From: Podarcis cretensis
Taxonomy: Eukaryota
Assembly: GCA_951804945.1 (NCBI GenBank)
Contig: OX638158.1
Span: 17,732,001 to 17,796,000, forward strand
Length of the DNA stretch: 64,000 nucleotides
Direction: 5' to 3'
This document shows, piece after piece, positions 36,155 to 49,975 of this stretch. The notes beneath the pieces were generated by a model. That model ran no database searches. It was not told where the DNA came from and saw nothing but the letters and a program-made list of their open reading frames with translations. Within the stretch, counting starts at the first letter, position 1, and each line of letters begins with the position of its first letter. The position numbers and the translations under genes are program-made.

Positions 36155-38088
36155 GTCCAGCTTCTTCTGCAGGTACTGTTTGGGAAAAAATTGTAACTAT
36201 TGGATATAGGTTTATTGACAATAGTAGCAAGAGGCCTGCCTATCGATGTGGTGGAATAAGCCCAAGAACCTTCACCCTCCATAGTTGATATTTCAGTCTG
36301 CCTTATCTCTTGAAACCCGTCTCTGCTTACTCCAGTATCAAGCTCTGGGAGCAAGGGTATCCTGTGGTTCCAACTGACTTAGTTACACCATAGACGGAGG
36401 GGCTCCATGGAGACACTTAAGCTATTATGTCAAACCATGGTTTGCACTAGCAGTGGTTTTGCCTCCAAGCTCAATTTACTCTTATCTCACCTGGAAATCT
36501 TCAGGTGAGATCCCATGCAGTGGCCTTCAAAATTGGGAGCTGTTCTGTGCTTGCATAGAGGTACTGTTATGTGAACTGGCATCTGCATGTGGGACAGGAA
36601 TGGGAAACCTGTGGCCTTCCAGATCTTGTGGGATTACAGATCCCATCAGCCCTAGCTAGTAGTGGTCAGGAGTGATGGGAATTGCAGCCCAACATCATCT
36701 GGATGGCCACAGGTTCCCACCACTCATTCAGGATCTGTATCACTGAGTGTGGCAGCTAGAACTAGGCTGCTGCAACCATGGAAGTGGTAGTAGCTCCATA
36801 TATAGCCTTGATACACACTGAATCTGCATAGAAGCCTGGTCTAGTTGCAGCCCAGTACACCATGGAATCCACCCAGTTCAAAGCAAAACATAAAGGTCAT
36901 CTTAACCTTAATCATGACTGAGGAAGAACTTCGGCAAATGCAAGAATATTCAGAGAGTATTTCCTTTGGTGTACAGCTTGTCTGTGCATTTTAGAACTAT
37001 TTAATCCAAGCAACCCACTTGTATTCTTGTATTTTTTACACATACTAAGAATGGAATACATATCTATCTAAGACTAGGCTTTGAAGGAGACCTGTGAAGT
37101 AAAAACAAAGCACCATTGCATTGCCACTTTAAAGAAAAACCTGTGTGCATTGTTACACTACATGGATTTTCATGGATCTCTTTCCCAAGTGACAAAAATA
37201 CTTTTAAGGCATTCAATTTGTTGGTTGTTTGGTTTTGTTGGAAGGGGGGTGAGAGAGAAAAAAGTTGTCTGGGGATACTATGGAATGTCTTCAAACAAGA
37301 TGAGTCTTCACATACAGATGGGCACCATGTAACATGTATATGCGATGTACTTTTAACCCTTTTCACACTGAGTATACATGTTTCTTCCTGTTGAGAGATT
37401 CACATTGCTCATTCACACACTATTTGCAAACTGATGTGCCTCCTCCCTTTTAACTTTGGTCTGTCCTGTGTGTTACTGCTCTAGTTCTGTGATGGTCCCT
37501 TCTAAAAGCTGTTCCCTTCCCAGACCTTATCTTCGTAAATGAGAACTGAGGCTTTCCCTCTCCATTATATGTGCATGTAGATCTGATTCCAGTGGGTTAT
37601 AAATGTCCTCTTTTTTATAAATTCAGTCACTCCTTATTACACAGTGGCATTTTTCTTTTACTTCCATTCTACTCACAGACTAGTCAATGGGCCACAGGTC
37701 TTTCTGTAATATATAGATCACTGGGGGTTAACAAAGCACCATGGACTGCACTACTCAAGCCCCAGTGATCAGCTGGTTGCTGGGACTTCTGTACACAGCA
37801 GCACCCAGTTCCTCATCCCTATTCTATAAGATTATTCATCTCTTTATGTATAATCTACCACAATAATTCCCAAACCGAGGAATTCATTGGATAATTGATG
37901 GTTCCCATAAGTGCCAACCCATAGGAAGAGGCTATTCTCTGCATCAGAGTGTGTAAATTTGAGAAGTATTCCTCCCATTTTATTATTTTTTAATACAAAC
38001 TACCTCTTTTATCAGAAATTTGGGAAATGTTAATTTACTTTGTTATATCTAATTAATTGCCACATACTCAAACTTCTTCCCCCCCAAT

Positions 38089-38143
38089 CAAACAAACAAA
38101 CAAACAAGCAAGCAAACATACATACATACATACATACATACAT
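38089..38143. repeat. Compound (CAAA)(CAAG)(CATA) tetranucleotide microsatellite
   Basis: Directly visible. Confidence 0.9.
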
Positions 38144-39011
38144 ACCAGTGGGGCATAGTCCTCAACTTTCTGTCTACCCTTGATATTGGCAGGGCCAGAA
38201 ATACAAACTATGCATGAATATGTGTAAAATACCGGTCAAGGCTTTGGTTAGACCCAGGATAGGGGAACATTTGGCCTTCCAGAAGTTGCTGGACTACAGC
38301 TCTCATCACCCTGACTGTTGGCCATGTTGACTGGGGTGAATGAGAATCCAAAAACCTTTGGGTCAGGGGGACAACAGTTTCTGTATCCCTGGTTTAGTCT
38401 AGGTTTGTTTGCCCATCATAGGCAGTCATTCCTGTTTTGCGCAATGATCTGTCTTTGTTTACTAAACACATAATACTTGCCACTGTCAAACTACTTCCTT
38501 GGACAATGTCACAAAAAAACCACATGGAATGTGCCAAGCTAATTTTCAAGATGGCCTTTTAAAACCTATTTGCTCTCCTGGTCTTTTAGAAACTTAATGT
38601 TGTCACCCTCCTCTTAGTGCTTTTATCTCTTAACTGCACCATGTGACCTGGAGGGTGAAAAGTCACCAAGCACAAGAAATGTCAAATGTTGGCATTTCCC
38701 CATTATCCCAGTAACTTTTGTCGCCCACACTGTTTCCCCTCCCAGTGCCACAGTCTGCTCTTCTCCATTATTCGTGTTGACAAAGGATGTTCCATCTGTA
38801 GACTGTTCCCCTTGTTTCTGCTTCTCCATTTCTTGTATTATTATTTTCTTTTCTACTTCTTCTTGTTGTTTCCTTTCTTTCTCACTCTTGTGCTTTTTTG
38901 TCCTTTTGCTTGTCTGTTTATTTTCACCCTGTTTCTCCTCCTCTCTTCCTCTCCACTTCCAACTTCCTCTTCCCTTCCTTTCTTCCTCTCCCATCTTTGG
39001 TTCTATTGAAG

Positions 39012-39077
39012 TTGAGCCCAATGCCGGGACACCACGCCGTAGACCTCTCTCCTTCTGCCCTTGCTGTGCCCATGAAG
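39012..39077 (+). CDS. MICAL3: MICAL3 cassette exon, 66 nt, phase 1-1 (EPNAGTPRRRPLSFCPCCAHE)
   Basis: First AG after ~208 nt of AG-free pyrimidine tract; AG|gtaatg donor; frame-preserving. Confidence 0.8.
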
Positions 39078-40911
39078 GTAATGTAATTTCTTGCATTCCC
39101 TCCATTCCGTTCCCAAACCACCATTGGATTGGTGTAGAGACACTAGTGAGCTAGCAACAATATCAAGTGGCTCACCGCCAAACTTTTCTTTCCTTCAATC
39201 TCAAAGAAACCCTCTATAACAACCTTGTTATGAAGTGTGTCTGGCAGGATCGTAAAGGTACAGTATCCTTTTTTCAGCTGTGCATTGTGGGGATAAGGAT
39301 AGTCTTGAAGTTTATTGGCGCAATTGATCAGAAATGACTGTAGTGGCATCAGTTTCATGCCTTAAGGGTTCTGTTTGGCATGTTGGATGATCGTGCAGGG
39401 GAGTTGGGTGTGAGTCTACTTCCTTTAAAAAAAGGGTTAAAAGCATACTGTCTTTTGTAATGACTGGTTTCCCCAACAACCCTTGACTTTGAAAAGGCAA
39501 CCTCCTGATCTGCCATAATCTAGACTGGTCTCCTGCAGTCCGTATCTTGCTAAGCATCTTCTTTATCCCAAGTGGAACCAGATTCCCACTGAAGTGTTTC
39601 CATTTCCCAAGGCATGGGGGGAAAGGGGTGGAATGTGACCGCCATGTATAACTTCGGCTAACCACTCTCTCTGCTTTTCATGGTGTGCTTTCATCAAGTG
39701 TTCATCTTTCCTCCCCACCCCTGCCTCTCCCTCTGCTCATTGGCTGTCTAAAAATAATAATAATAAAATATATCTACATCCCACAAATGAACAAAAGTTT
39801 CCATAGGTCAGTGTTGACATGTATTTGGCTGTTTTGTGCAGAAGTTTCTTTTCTGATTATCCTCACAGTGGAAAGGGTGGGGAGATTCCCCAGTGCTTCT
39901 CATGGCTCCAATGCACTGGACATCTGCATGTGTAAGCTTCTTCTCTCTTTCCACCATGGCTATGAGGGCACCTTGTGCAGAGATGCTCAGAGAGGCTTAA
40001 TTGGGACCAAGCAATGGATAGGTATAGCCATCCACAGCCATGATTGGCTAGGGTGAGATTTTCGTACTGTGTATGTTTGCTTCTTGTGTTCTGGAGCTGT
40101 GTTGGTGGTTTTGGAAGAGGAGGAGAATTCTCGTTACCTGAGAATAAGTGGTAGGAACAGGGCCACCAAGAATCTCTGGACCACTTTGTTTTCTTGACCG
40201 TGATGGGAAATAATGTCTTGCTGCATAAAGACATCCTCAGTTACAAATGACGCATTAGTCAGTGCCATCCAGTACTGATAAGCACTACCAGGAGCAGATA
40301 ATAATGCTTTAGTAGCTGGATCTGACTTGGTAGCTGACCATCCCCATTCTAGAGTGTCTCCCTTGGGCTTCCATAACCCCATGAGTCTGCATTTTTGAAT
40401 AATTAGAATAGTGTCTAATACAAATATTTTGCCATTTGCACATAAGTAGGCACAAATTTTGCATCATATTTTCCTTAGAATAGATGTTCCAATTAGTTTT
40501 ATATGAGATGAGAACTCATCTATGGTATGGATGAGAAACAGGAGTTAACCCTGTCTGCAACTTGACTGTGTTCTTTCCATATACTAGTTTCCTAAACTAT
40601 TGACACCTCTGATAGGATGGTGAAAACTGATAGGTACAGGAAACAGCTGGTATCCCTCTGGGCCTACAGTGGTTAGGCCAAGACCCTGATCATCTGGAGC
40701 ACATAACCAGGGCTTCACTTGCTTCCAAACTGATTTTTAGGATCTGAATCCAAACAGCTACCCATAAAGAGCTGCATATTTCATTACTAGATATGGGTTG
40801 TGGATGTAGCTCTCTAAAATAACATAAAATGGCTATGCTGTTTATTTCATATCAGGCTTTGCTACTGGGTCTACTAGCTTGGTTTTCATTGATTAAGCTT
40901 TTATTGAAATA

Positions 40912-41144
40912 CAGTCATACCTCGGGTTGTGAGCGCTGCGGGTTGCGGGTTTTCGGGTTGCGGACCGCGCCAAACCCGGAAGTACCGGAGCGGGTTACTT
41001 CCAGGTTTCAGTGCATGCACAGAAGCGCAAAATGATCCCATGCACAGAAGCGCTGAATTGCTTTACATGCGTGCGCAGATGCGGCATTGTGGGTTGCAAA
41101 CATGCCTCCCGCACAGATCACGTTCACAACCCGAGGTATGACTA
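40912..41144. mobile_element. Tc1/mariner-type MITE, family D
   Basis: CAGTCATACCTCGGGTTGTGA...TCACAACCCGAGGTATGACT, TA flanks. Confidence 0.88.
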
Positions 41145-41975
41145 TACCTGGGAAGGTACCATGCTTCCTCTTCCTTTTTATGTGAACAGATTTTCTTCTT
41201 GTGCTTTTCTACCATGAACTAGTGGTCTTGAGCTGGTGAACTTCAACTGATTGAACCTGTATTTATGCCACACATTATGTGTTTTTTGTTTAAGTGAGGG
41301 ATCTCTAGCAGACACATTGAGGCAGATCTGCCTGGTGTGACTGATAAAGCCAAGAGGAAGGGAAATTATTGATAGCAGTGGTCAGGAACTGGTTGCTTTC
41401 AGTCATTAAGTTAATGCAGGTGGCTTGAAAAGGGGAGAGCACAGCACGTAAGACTACAATACTGGTAGGAGCCAGAATCAACTCTGAAACAGCCCACCAA
41501 GGAACTGTTCACTAATCGCTCTATAGTTATATGTAAAGTGGACAAATGGGTGTTGAGTAAGGTGTGAGTGAGAAAACATGGCTTGAAACAGGTAGGCTTT
41601 GTTGTAAAGTGTTGGAAAGTGTCAGACCTATGTTTGAAAGTGTCCAAATTGAAAAGGACAACAGAAGAAAAATACTGAAAAGTGACTGTAATTATGGCTA
41701 TTTGTTTGGTGGGAGATGTGATGGGGAAGGTAGATTCAGGGCACATGGATCCAGTGGGGTTTTTTTTGTTTCTTTTACTGGAGGTGACCCTCCTTCCTGT
41801 GTGCCATAGACAAACTAAACAAGCAGATCTGACAAGAGTGCTCTGGCAGCATCTAGCTCAGCTTTCTTTGCACATTTTGCCCCACTCCCATTTTTGTTCC
41901 TGCCTGCCTGCCTGCTGGATTTATGGAAATGGAGGGAATCTTTCTCCAAGCTGACCTAAACTGTTCTATTGGCAG

Positions 41976-42075
41976 GCATGGGGAAGAAGGACGACCCCAA
42001 GCTGATGCAGGAGTGGTTCAAGCTGGTGCAAGAGAAGAATGCCTTAGTGCGCTATGAGTCGGAGCTCATGATATT
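41976..42075 (+). CDS. MICAL3: MICAL3 bMERB exon, 100 nt ([32 protein letters not shown])
   Basis: ggcag / gtgagt sites; near-identical to human. Confidence 0.97.
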
Positions 42076-42673
42076 GTGAGTAAGGAGAGAAATTTCTGCA
42101 TGCTTGGTCCAAGCAGAGAAGGGGAAAGACGAGGCAACTATCCCCAGACAGAGATATGTTATTACACCTGTTTCTGTCTTCACCTTTGCTGTGGTGACAA
42201 TGTACAGATGGGAATCCTGTTGCTCTGGAGACCCATAGGCGCCCCAAGTAAAATAAAATTTTATAAAATTGATGAAGTGATCTGCTGCTGAGACCTGGTT
42301 CTCTTAGCAGTTCCTTCTCGTTCAGGATTCCAAATAAGGTCAATGTAAGAAGGAAGATCTTGTCCCTTGCAGCTCAGCCCTGATGTGCAGTGGGCAGTAG
42401 GGGCCAGATGGAGTGACTTGGCATTTTCCTGTTATTTTCTCATCTGCCTTTCTGACCATTCCACAACGTGGGTTTAGGTGAAAAACTGACATGTATGTTA
42501 GTCAAGGGAGGTTGTTCTGAACAAGGTTCTTAGTACAACTGAAGGGTTGCCTTACAATCAGTACTGAAAGGGAACACTTTACTACCATAGCGTGTTAGAT
42601 TTTTAAGACAGTAGCTTAGACTGCTGCTGAAACAACCCAAACCAGACCTTTACCCATTCTTCTCTCCTTGCAG

Positions 42674-42747
42674 CGCTCGGGAGTTGGAGCTGGAGGACAG
42701 GCAAAGCCGACTACAGCAAGAACTTCGGGAGAGGATGGCAGTGGAAG
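42674..42747 (+). CDS. MICAL3: MICAL3 bMERB exon, 74 nt (ARELELEDRQSRLQQELRERMAVE)
   Basis: tgcag / gtaagt sites. Confidence 0.97.
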
Positions 42748-42840
42748 GTAAGTCTCATCGATGTACTCTGGTTCCCAGTAGAAAGCCCCAGCTACTTCCT
42801 TGGCTAGTTTGACAAGACTGCTTGTCCCTTTCTTTCCTAG

Positions 42841-43025
42841 ATCACCTAAAGACAGATGAAGAGTTGTCAGAAGAGAAAAGGATCCTGAATGAAATGCTAG
42901 AGGTGGTGGAACAGAGAGATTCTCTTGTGGCCCTCCTCGAAGAGCAGCGACTCCGGGAGAAGGAAGAAGACAAGGACCTAGAGGCAGTCATGCTGTCCAA
43001 GGGATTCAACTTAAACTGGTCCTGA
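42841..43025 (+). CDS. MICAL3: MICAL3 last coding exon (HLKTDEELSEEKRILNEMLEVVEQRDSLVALLEEQRL...KGFNLNWS*)
   Basis: cctag acceptor after a 93-nt intron; matches MICAL3 C-terminus; TGA stop. Confidence 0.97.
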
Positions 43026-46000
43026 GCTTAGCAGCGCACTCGTCTGCCGATCTGCGTTGTCCAGTTGGCATGTGCCAAGTTGGCTGGAGCTGCCTGGGTG
43101 GAGGAGATACCTTGGCATAGAAACCTCTTGAGGGTTCTTGCAGCGCCTGAGTGCTTCTTCCTGAGAGGGGGTTGGATCGAAAAGTGCTAAGGCCTGTATG
43201 AGGCCTGCAAACCCCAAGCCTGAGGTGGTCAGCTGAGGTTGTGTGCCTTCCTCAAGGACCTGTGCAAAGAGGCCATTGAGTTTTTGCGATCTCTGAGAGA
43301 GGCTAAAAAATGAGATGAAAACATTTTATTTAAAAAAAAAATACACCACAACTTTAACCAATTCAGGTGGGCCGTAGCTTGTCCGTTTCATATTTACTTA
43401 GCTGGTTGTGTTCTTGTTTTTGTTTTGAAATACAAATGCAAGAAGTGGCTACTCTCTTCTGAAGCATCACCCTGCAGCAGCCCACAGGAGAGCAAACCAC
43501 TCTGTACCCCAGAGCACACTGTGTGTATGTTTAAGGTTCTCCTCACCAAAGAAGCCTAAAGCTGCCATTATTGTCTGCGTATGGAGGAACCCTGAATTCA
43601 GAGAGGACTGGAGACTTGGAAGGCTGGCTGACATGAAATACTTGCCCTGTGTGGTTTCTACAGAAGATACAGGCTCCAGTGGACTAGCTCTCTTTGCTGC
43701 AGCCTCCACAAGTTGCCATTGTTCTAAGAGGGGAAGAGTGTGTAATCCACCCCCTTTTTGCCATGCAGTGCTCTGGACTGAAAGTCACAGTTTTTCCTGT
43801 CTCCATTGACATTAGACTGCTCTGTTGTGAACCTTGTGACAATTTTGACACTGGAAAGTGCTGATTTTGAAAATGGGTTACTTATGAAGCAGTTTGCGGG
43901 AGCTCTTGGATGAAACCCTTTGCTTCGAATCCCCCAAGAATGGACTCTCAATGGGTTTTTGTTTTTTGCGTATATATCTATATCTATAGATATATATCTT
44001 TATTATTTTTTGCACGTTGGAAATGAAGCAAAAGACCTACCCGGGCCCTTTAGTCACTTTAGACCCTTTAATGTCTATTAACTTATTTTTTAATACTTGA
44101 AAGATTTGGGTTTTATACCTTTTTAAGAAGTGAGCAAATGTTTGAGTGGTGAATCTGTGTGCCTGCTGCATTCCCCAACCTTTTTCTTTTGTTCTTCTTA
44201 TTTTTAATTTGCTCTTCTCCCTTTCCCTGTACCTATTTATTAGAGTTCTATTAATGCTGTTACAGTTACACACTACTTTTGATGTGGAGAGGAGATGCTT
44301 TTATGTACTTTGGACTTTTCCCTGCACCACGTTGAGGGGCAACCCTAGGAAATATGCAGGCAGGGATCCCAGGTAGGGTGTCTTCTCAATTAAGCTGCAT
44401 CCTCACAAAGAGAGCTCACAAAGCTGAGTGGTGATGGCAGACTTTGCTCCTGCACTCCATATCCTCTGTTCCTGAATGGCAAACCTGTGCTTATTTTAAC
44501 TACTGCTGTTTAAGGTTTTTGTAATTATAATTGTGGCATTGCCACTTTACCCCATGTATTTTAAAAAAAACCCACACATGCTGGCTCTGTAAAAATCTGC
44601 CTCCCAAGGGAAGGATTAGCACAAGCCCCCTGGTTTTGTCCTAGGCCTTCATTCAGTTGGCTCAGAAAAAGGTTTTACAGTGCAGTAGCAAATAGGAAAT
44701 AACACAGAATAGACTCTTGTCTATAACCAGCTGAGAGGTTCCATAAGCACACCATGTCTTTCACAATAACTTTCTCAAAAGTGCCGACCTGCCACATACA
44801 GAATTTTCCATTCACATTTTTTAGCTCCAGTTGGACTTAGTTTAAAGAAAGAAAGCTGTAGTTCTAGTCTCCAAACAAAGTGCAGACTATTTTTTTAATT
44901 AACCTTTTTTTAGGGAAGCAGTCATCCCAAGAAATAGGCATGTCCTTTAAAGCAGCCACCATCTTATCTCTAGGTTTCAAAACAGGAAATGCTGTGTTTT
45001 CAAAACAGGAAAGACTAGAGAGAAAAAATGGAGAAAGGTTTTAAAACACCCATCCACTTCCTTGTTCAATAAAATGTCAGTACTGATGACGCTGAACAGA
45101 AAGCTGTTGAAACAACAGCATGTGTTGAAATGTAGTGTCAGAAGATTTTATGCCAAAGGGGTACCATGCCTGGCATTTGTTGAATATTAAGATATTGAAA
45201 GATTGTGATGCTACACTGGCAGAATTCATACCACATATAGTCCCAGAACAAGCAGGACTTGTGTGTTCATGGTTCATGAGACTTGGGGGGGGGGTGTTGT
45301 TCACTAGGACTGGTGTTTATTTGTAGCTTTCGAAACGGAGCGAACTAATCTCTGGTTTTTCTAATATTACTGGACTACAATTCTCATAATCCCTGACTAC
45401 TGAGCATGCTGGATGGGGCTGATGGGAGTCCAATGGGAGTAAAAGGTTAGCCACCCCTAATTGAGGAAGAAAAAGAACCTATAACTTCAGTTGTCTCAGA
45501 CAGCATCTTTGACATCCATAGAGACCAACAGGGGAGTGTATGGCAAAATGGAAGTTAAGCTCCCCTTCGTTTAGGATGGAGCTAGAATTCAGTTGTTAAA
45601 ATTTGGTGTCTAGCCACATGAAAGAGGCAAATCGGAATTTGCATTAATTATTTCTGCTGTGCCTGGTGCAATTTATAATGGAACTGAGAAAATGGATTGT
45701 TCTGTAAAGTGGTCGTAATTGAACTCACTTCTATCAGTTCATTGAATTTTTCTCTGTAGGAAAATGTTGACACGCTAAGCTTCTTCCTAAGCTGCCTATA
45801 GCTGCATGTGGAATGAGAGTAGAACAGTCTGTCTGAGAAAGTGGAAGGGAAAGTCCTTCCCAGCTCCAGTGCAGCTGTGTAGCTCTGCCTCCAGTTAGCC
45901 CAGACTTCTTTTGGGCAGCTAAGACTCCCTTGTCACTAGAACTGCAGAGAGAGGAGAGGGGTTTTAGAGCCCATGACAGCACCAGCAGCATTAATCATAT

Positions 46001-46960
46001 TTCCTCTTCCACTCTTAACATTTCCTGTAATATGTTGTGTTGATTGTGCTCGATCCTGCTGTCAGTCAAGAGGTTTCTTTAAATGCAGTGTCTGGCCCTC
46101 CTTTTACGACACGGTGCTAATGCAGAAGTAACAAGCACACCTGCTGCATCCTCTGGGTTTTTAATCTGTTTTTTTAAAATACATCCAGGTCAAAGGCGTT
46201 TTAGAGCATCAACAAATATATCCAGAGTTGTATAACCCAGTAGCACAAATTCTTTTTTATGGCCAAAAAAAAAAAAAAGGTTGATTCCCTCCCCACAAGG
46301 TTTTAAGAAAATGTATTTAACAGAATGTTTACATTTGGGCCCTGAGACGAAAGTGGTGTATTAGTTTTCCAACCTCATGTTTAAAAAAGAAAATGCTGTG
46401 ATTGTTTGCAATAAAAATGTACCACGAAACAGTCTGTTTGATATGAAGAGGTAGAGGAGGGTTTTTCTCTCTCAATGCATGATAAGAGGACAGAAGGCTT
46501 CCAAAGAATTGCTGCCTTCAAGAGCACTAGCAGTGGAGCTTCATAAGCAAGGAAGGTAGATGAGACTGTCACTAAAGCTATAGGAGGAAGGGATGTCATG
46601 TTTTGATGGCATTGCAGTAATTTAATTTTATACGTATATATATATATAAAGAAGTATGTATGTGAAACAACCCTGTCCCAAGGAACTGTGGTATCTTCCC
46701 CTTGGGACAGGTGGGGACTCTGATATTCAGACTGTTTTATTGTTGGCGTGCGTGCAGTGTAACAGGAAATTGTGTACCGTACCTGTTTTCATGTCTAAAA
46801 CATCCCAACCCCTGTTTTACTTCCTATTTTTGGTTGCATTTCATTCTGTACGTTCTTATGCACACTTGCTTTGTTGGTGTTGAGAGTTTAGCACCTCAGG
46901 TCACCAACGTAACTAAAAAAAATAAAAAATAAAAAATAAAGTCATTAATTTTTTCTTACT
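43026..46960 (+). other. MICAL3: MICAL3 3' UTR (inferred extent)
   Basis: Repeat-poor U-rich sequence after the stop, ending at an AATAAA cluster. Confidence 0.6.
46921..46940 (+). terminator. Polyadenylation signal cluster (3 x AATAAA)
   Basis: AATAAA at 46921, 46928, 46935 with TGTA upstream and T-rich sequence downstream. Confidence 0.65.
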
Positions 46961-49900
46961 TCATTGGAATTTGATTTTGCTTCACGGTTCACGCCAACAG
47001 CAAATTGTTGGTGGCCCTATTCTGCACCGTTTCCAGTTCTACACTATCCTTTTTGAGATGTAATAACCAGAGCAGTACACACAGTTGTGTACAATGCTGC
47101 CATTTTGCTCCTGCAAGTCTTACACTTGTGAAACAGAACTTCCCCTTCTTCTCTCCCCTTAAAAATCTGTTCTAGAGGGTTGGCGGACCATGTGGAAAAG
47201 TTTTCATTTAGGGGGGGGGCAGGGATAGGAGAGGAATTAGAAGTCCTATTGCATGAGCAGAATGTCAATAGCACCACTATAGCACAAACCCAGTACAGTA
47301 TTACAAGTTTGAGAGCACCATAGACTTTTTATAAAGATGCTATACCATATTGGCAATTTTATTTTCTATTGCTTTCCTAATTATCCACCACAACTCGTAT
47401 GATGTGTTTCCAGTGTTTCATTGGTGGCTTAAGTTCTATAACATGGTGGACATGTCATTTATATATATAATACCCCAAAGCAAAAGAGGATGTATCTCAA
47501 GATGCTGAAAAATTTGATTTTGTTTTCAGAGCAGCCCGACATGCTATGGCCAATTTTTTACTTAAAAGCTGCCTTCAGAGCATATCAAAACAAATATAAT
47601 AAATCATGTAAACAGCATATACACGCAACTCCTGCTTAACCATCACAATGTGTCCCCTGGAAGTTGTTCAGATAATGAACCCACAATTTCCATTTTTTCT
47701 TATGGGAACACTTGTAATGCAGGGTTTGCTATGTCTCTTCCCAACCCCACCCCTCTGTCCATGGTATCTTCCTGAAATCACTACAGCCAATCAGCAAAAG
47801 AGAGACAAAGTAAAAACAAAAAAACCCAAACTGATTTGTCTGATTTCTCCTGCTCCCTGATTTGTCTGATTCCCCCCCCCCCACTCTCTGATTCGTCCAC
47901 TATCACTCCCCTCTTCCATAGTTGTTGCCTGAAAATGGCCACCACTGATCAGCACAGCAGAAACAACCAAGAAAGTAAGAAAGCCAGATATTCGGATAAG
48001 TGAATCTACAGAGCCAGGGCTTTTTTTCAGCCGGAACTCTCCAGAACTCAGTTTCCTGCACCTCAGTTGTGGAACCCACCCTTGGAATCCCCTCCGCTTG
48101 AATAGTGAAGTTGAGATCTTTCACTGTCTGCATCTGTACTGGAATGGGCTGTAGGATGTTTTTATGGCTTTAATGCTTGTTTTTGCTTCCCTGGTCTCCT
48201 CTGCGAGGAAGGACAGAATAACTATTTAATAAATAAAATTAAAACATTGGCATATGCATATATATATATATATGCATGCATTTATATACTGCCAGTTCAG
48301 GCAATATGACATGGCACTAAGTTTTGAAGGAGACCCAAGTTCAGATTCCTAGATAGCCCTGATGCTTTGGGTGACCTTGAGACACAGCCAAGTCTCTCTT
48401 GGCCTAACCTACGTGGCAGGACAATTGTGAGTACTGTTATCAGATAGGAGTTGGAGTGAAGCATACATACATAGTTCATAACTTCTCAGTTCAGACATGC
48501 TAAAAACAGCTGTCAGTTTCACTTTCTATTGCTAGGAAAGAGGAAGTTCAGAAGACAGTGTTGGGAAGATTTTGAAATGTATGAATCTGCAGTTCGAGTC
48601 TATGCCACATTCTCGCCCCACCCCTTTCTATTTCAAGCAAATGAACCCTTTGAACTACATGCTGATAAAACTGGCAGTCCCTTGTCTTGCTATGTCCCAG
48701 TGTACGAAGAAGCATTTCTAAGAAGGAGCAGTTTTTATATTTTTATCATGATTTATTAAACTAGGGGGTATATTTGAAAGACCTACCTTTTCTCCTTGGC
48801 AGAGATAAGAAACCATTAGGGCAACTGCTTTGAATGCCAGATCTAGAACCTGCCTAAAAGGACTCATCCCCACCCCCACCCCCCGATCCTTTTATAATTA
48901 CATATTCAGTATCAGGATGCTTTCAGATGGGGGCTTAATACTGCAAATTGTTCATTTAGATATCATAAATAAGATGCTAGCAGCAGGATGGTTGTTTTTT
49001 AACTTACTGGATTCCCCCATTCCCACCCTGGGAAGAGTAAATTCAGATTAAATGTGGGGGTGGGGAGTATAGGCTGTCATTTTGATGGCAGGTAGGCGCT
49101 GCAAAAAACTTTTATATGTCACTTTATTAGTTCTTCAGAAAAGGGTCTTCGTTTGATAAAAGCAGAAAGACAAGCAGAAACCTATTACATGTATCAGTAA
49201 GCAGAACTCTTTTCCTGCTTTTGTTTTCTGTCCCTGCCTTTGTTACCTTGGGGTCCATCTTGCACTTCTTGCACACTTTGACAACTGTGACTTTAGAGAA
49301 GAGGTGGCAACTCTCTCTCCCCACCTCTCCAGAGGCACACAGCCATCGATAGCACTTTTGCTTCTTCATGTGCGGCAGTCTTGGGAACACAGCATAACAA
49401 TTGCATGCTCCTGCAGCACCACGAGACATAGTATGAGTCAGTGAGGAAAGCACCTCATTGCATTACTTTTTAAAGACGTTTCATTCTTTCAGTGGGGCAG
49501 AAACAGAGGATTCCCCAAGTGTCCCAGCTCACCTGTTCAGCAGGGGAATTCCCAAATTCTTCCCCACTGAGCCCACACCTGCCCGTCTTCAGGAAGGGGA
49601 AACGGCATTGGCTAAAACAGCTAAGCCCACAGCCAATGCACCCATTATAAGGAAGCACCAGACTCTCACTCTGCATGTGTTCTCTAGAAAACATCTGCAG
49701 GGTGCTTCATTTCCTTAGCAATCACATGAACAGAGATCAGGTCTAACTTAACTCACTCATAAGTCTGCACAGGGTTGCAAACTGAACAAGCCAGCAAGTC
49801 AAATCTCTTATCTGCCATCAACTCAATAGGTCACTTTAAGCAAGCTGCTGCTTCTCAGCCTCAACGTATTTTGCTGTTTTCCATGTACAGTACCAACTGG

Positions 49901-49975
49901 AGAGGCATTTAAATCCTAGCTCCACATTGGTGATGCCAGTGTTGCCACTGTCACCTGAGAGCAGGAGGCTAGCTG

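Noticed and set aside
38623-39154. 107-160 aa ORFs on both strands
   Set aside because: Artefacts of the stop-poor pyrimidine tract
43971-43998. AT-rich near-palindrome in the 3' UTR
   Set aside because: Simple (TA)-type repeat; no support for a structured RNA
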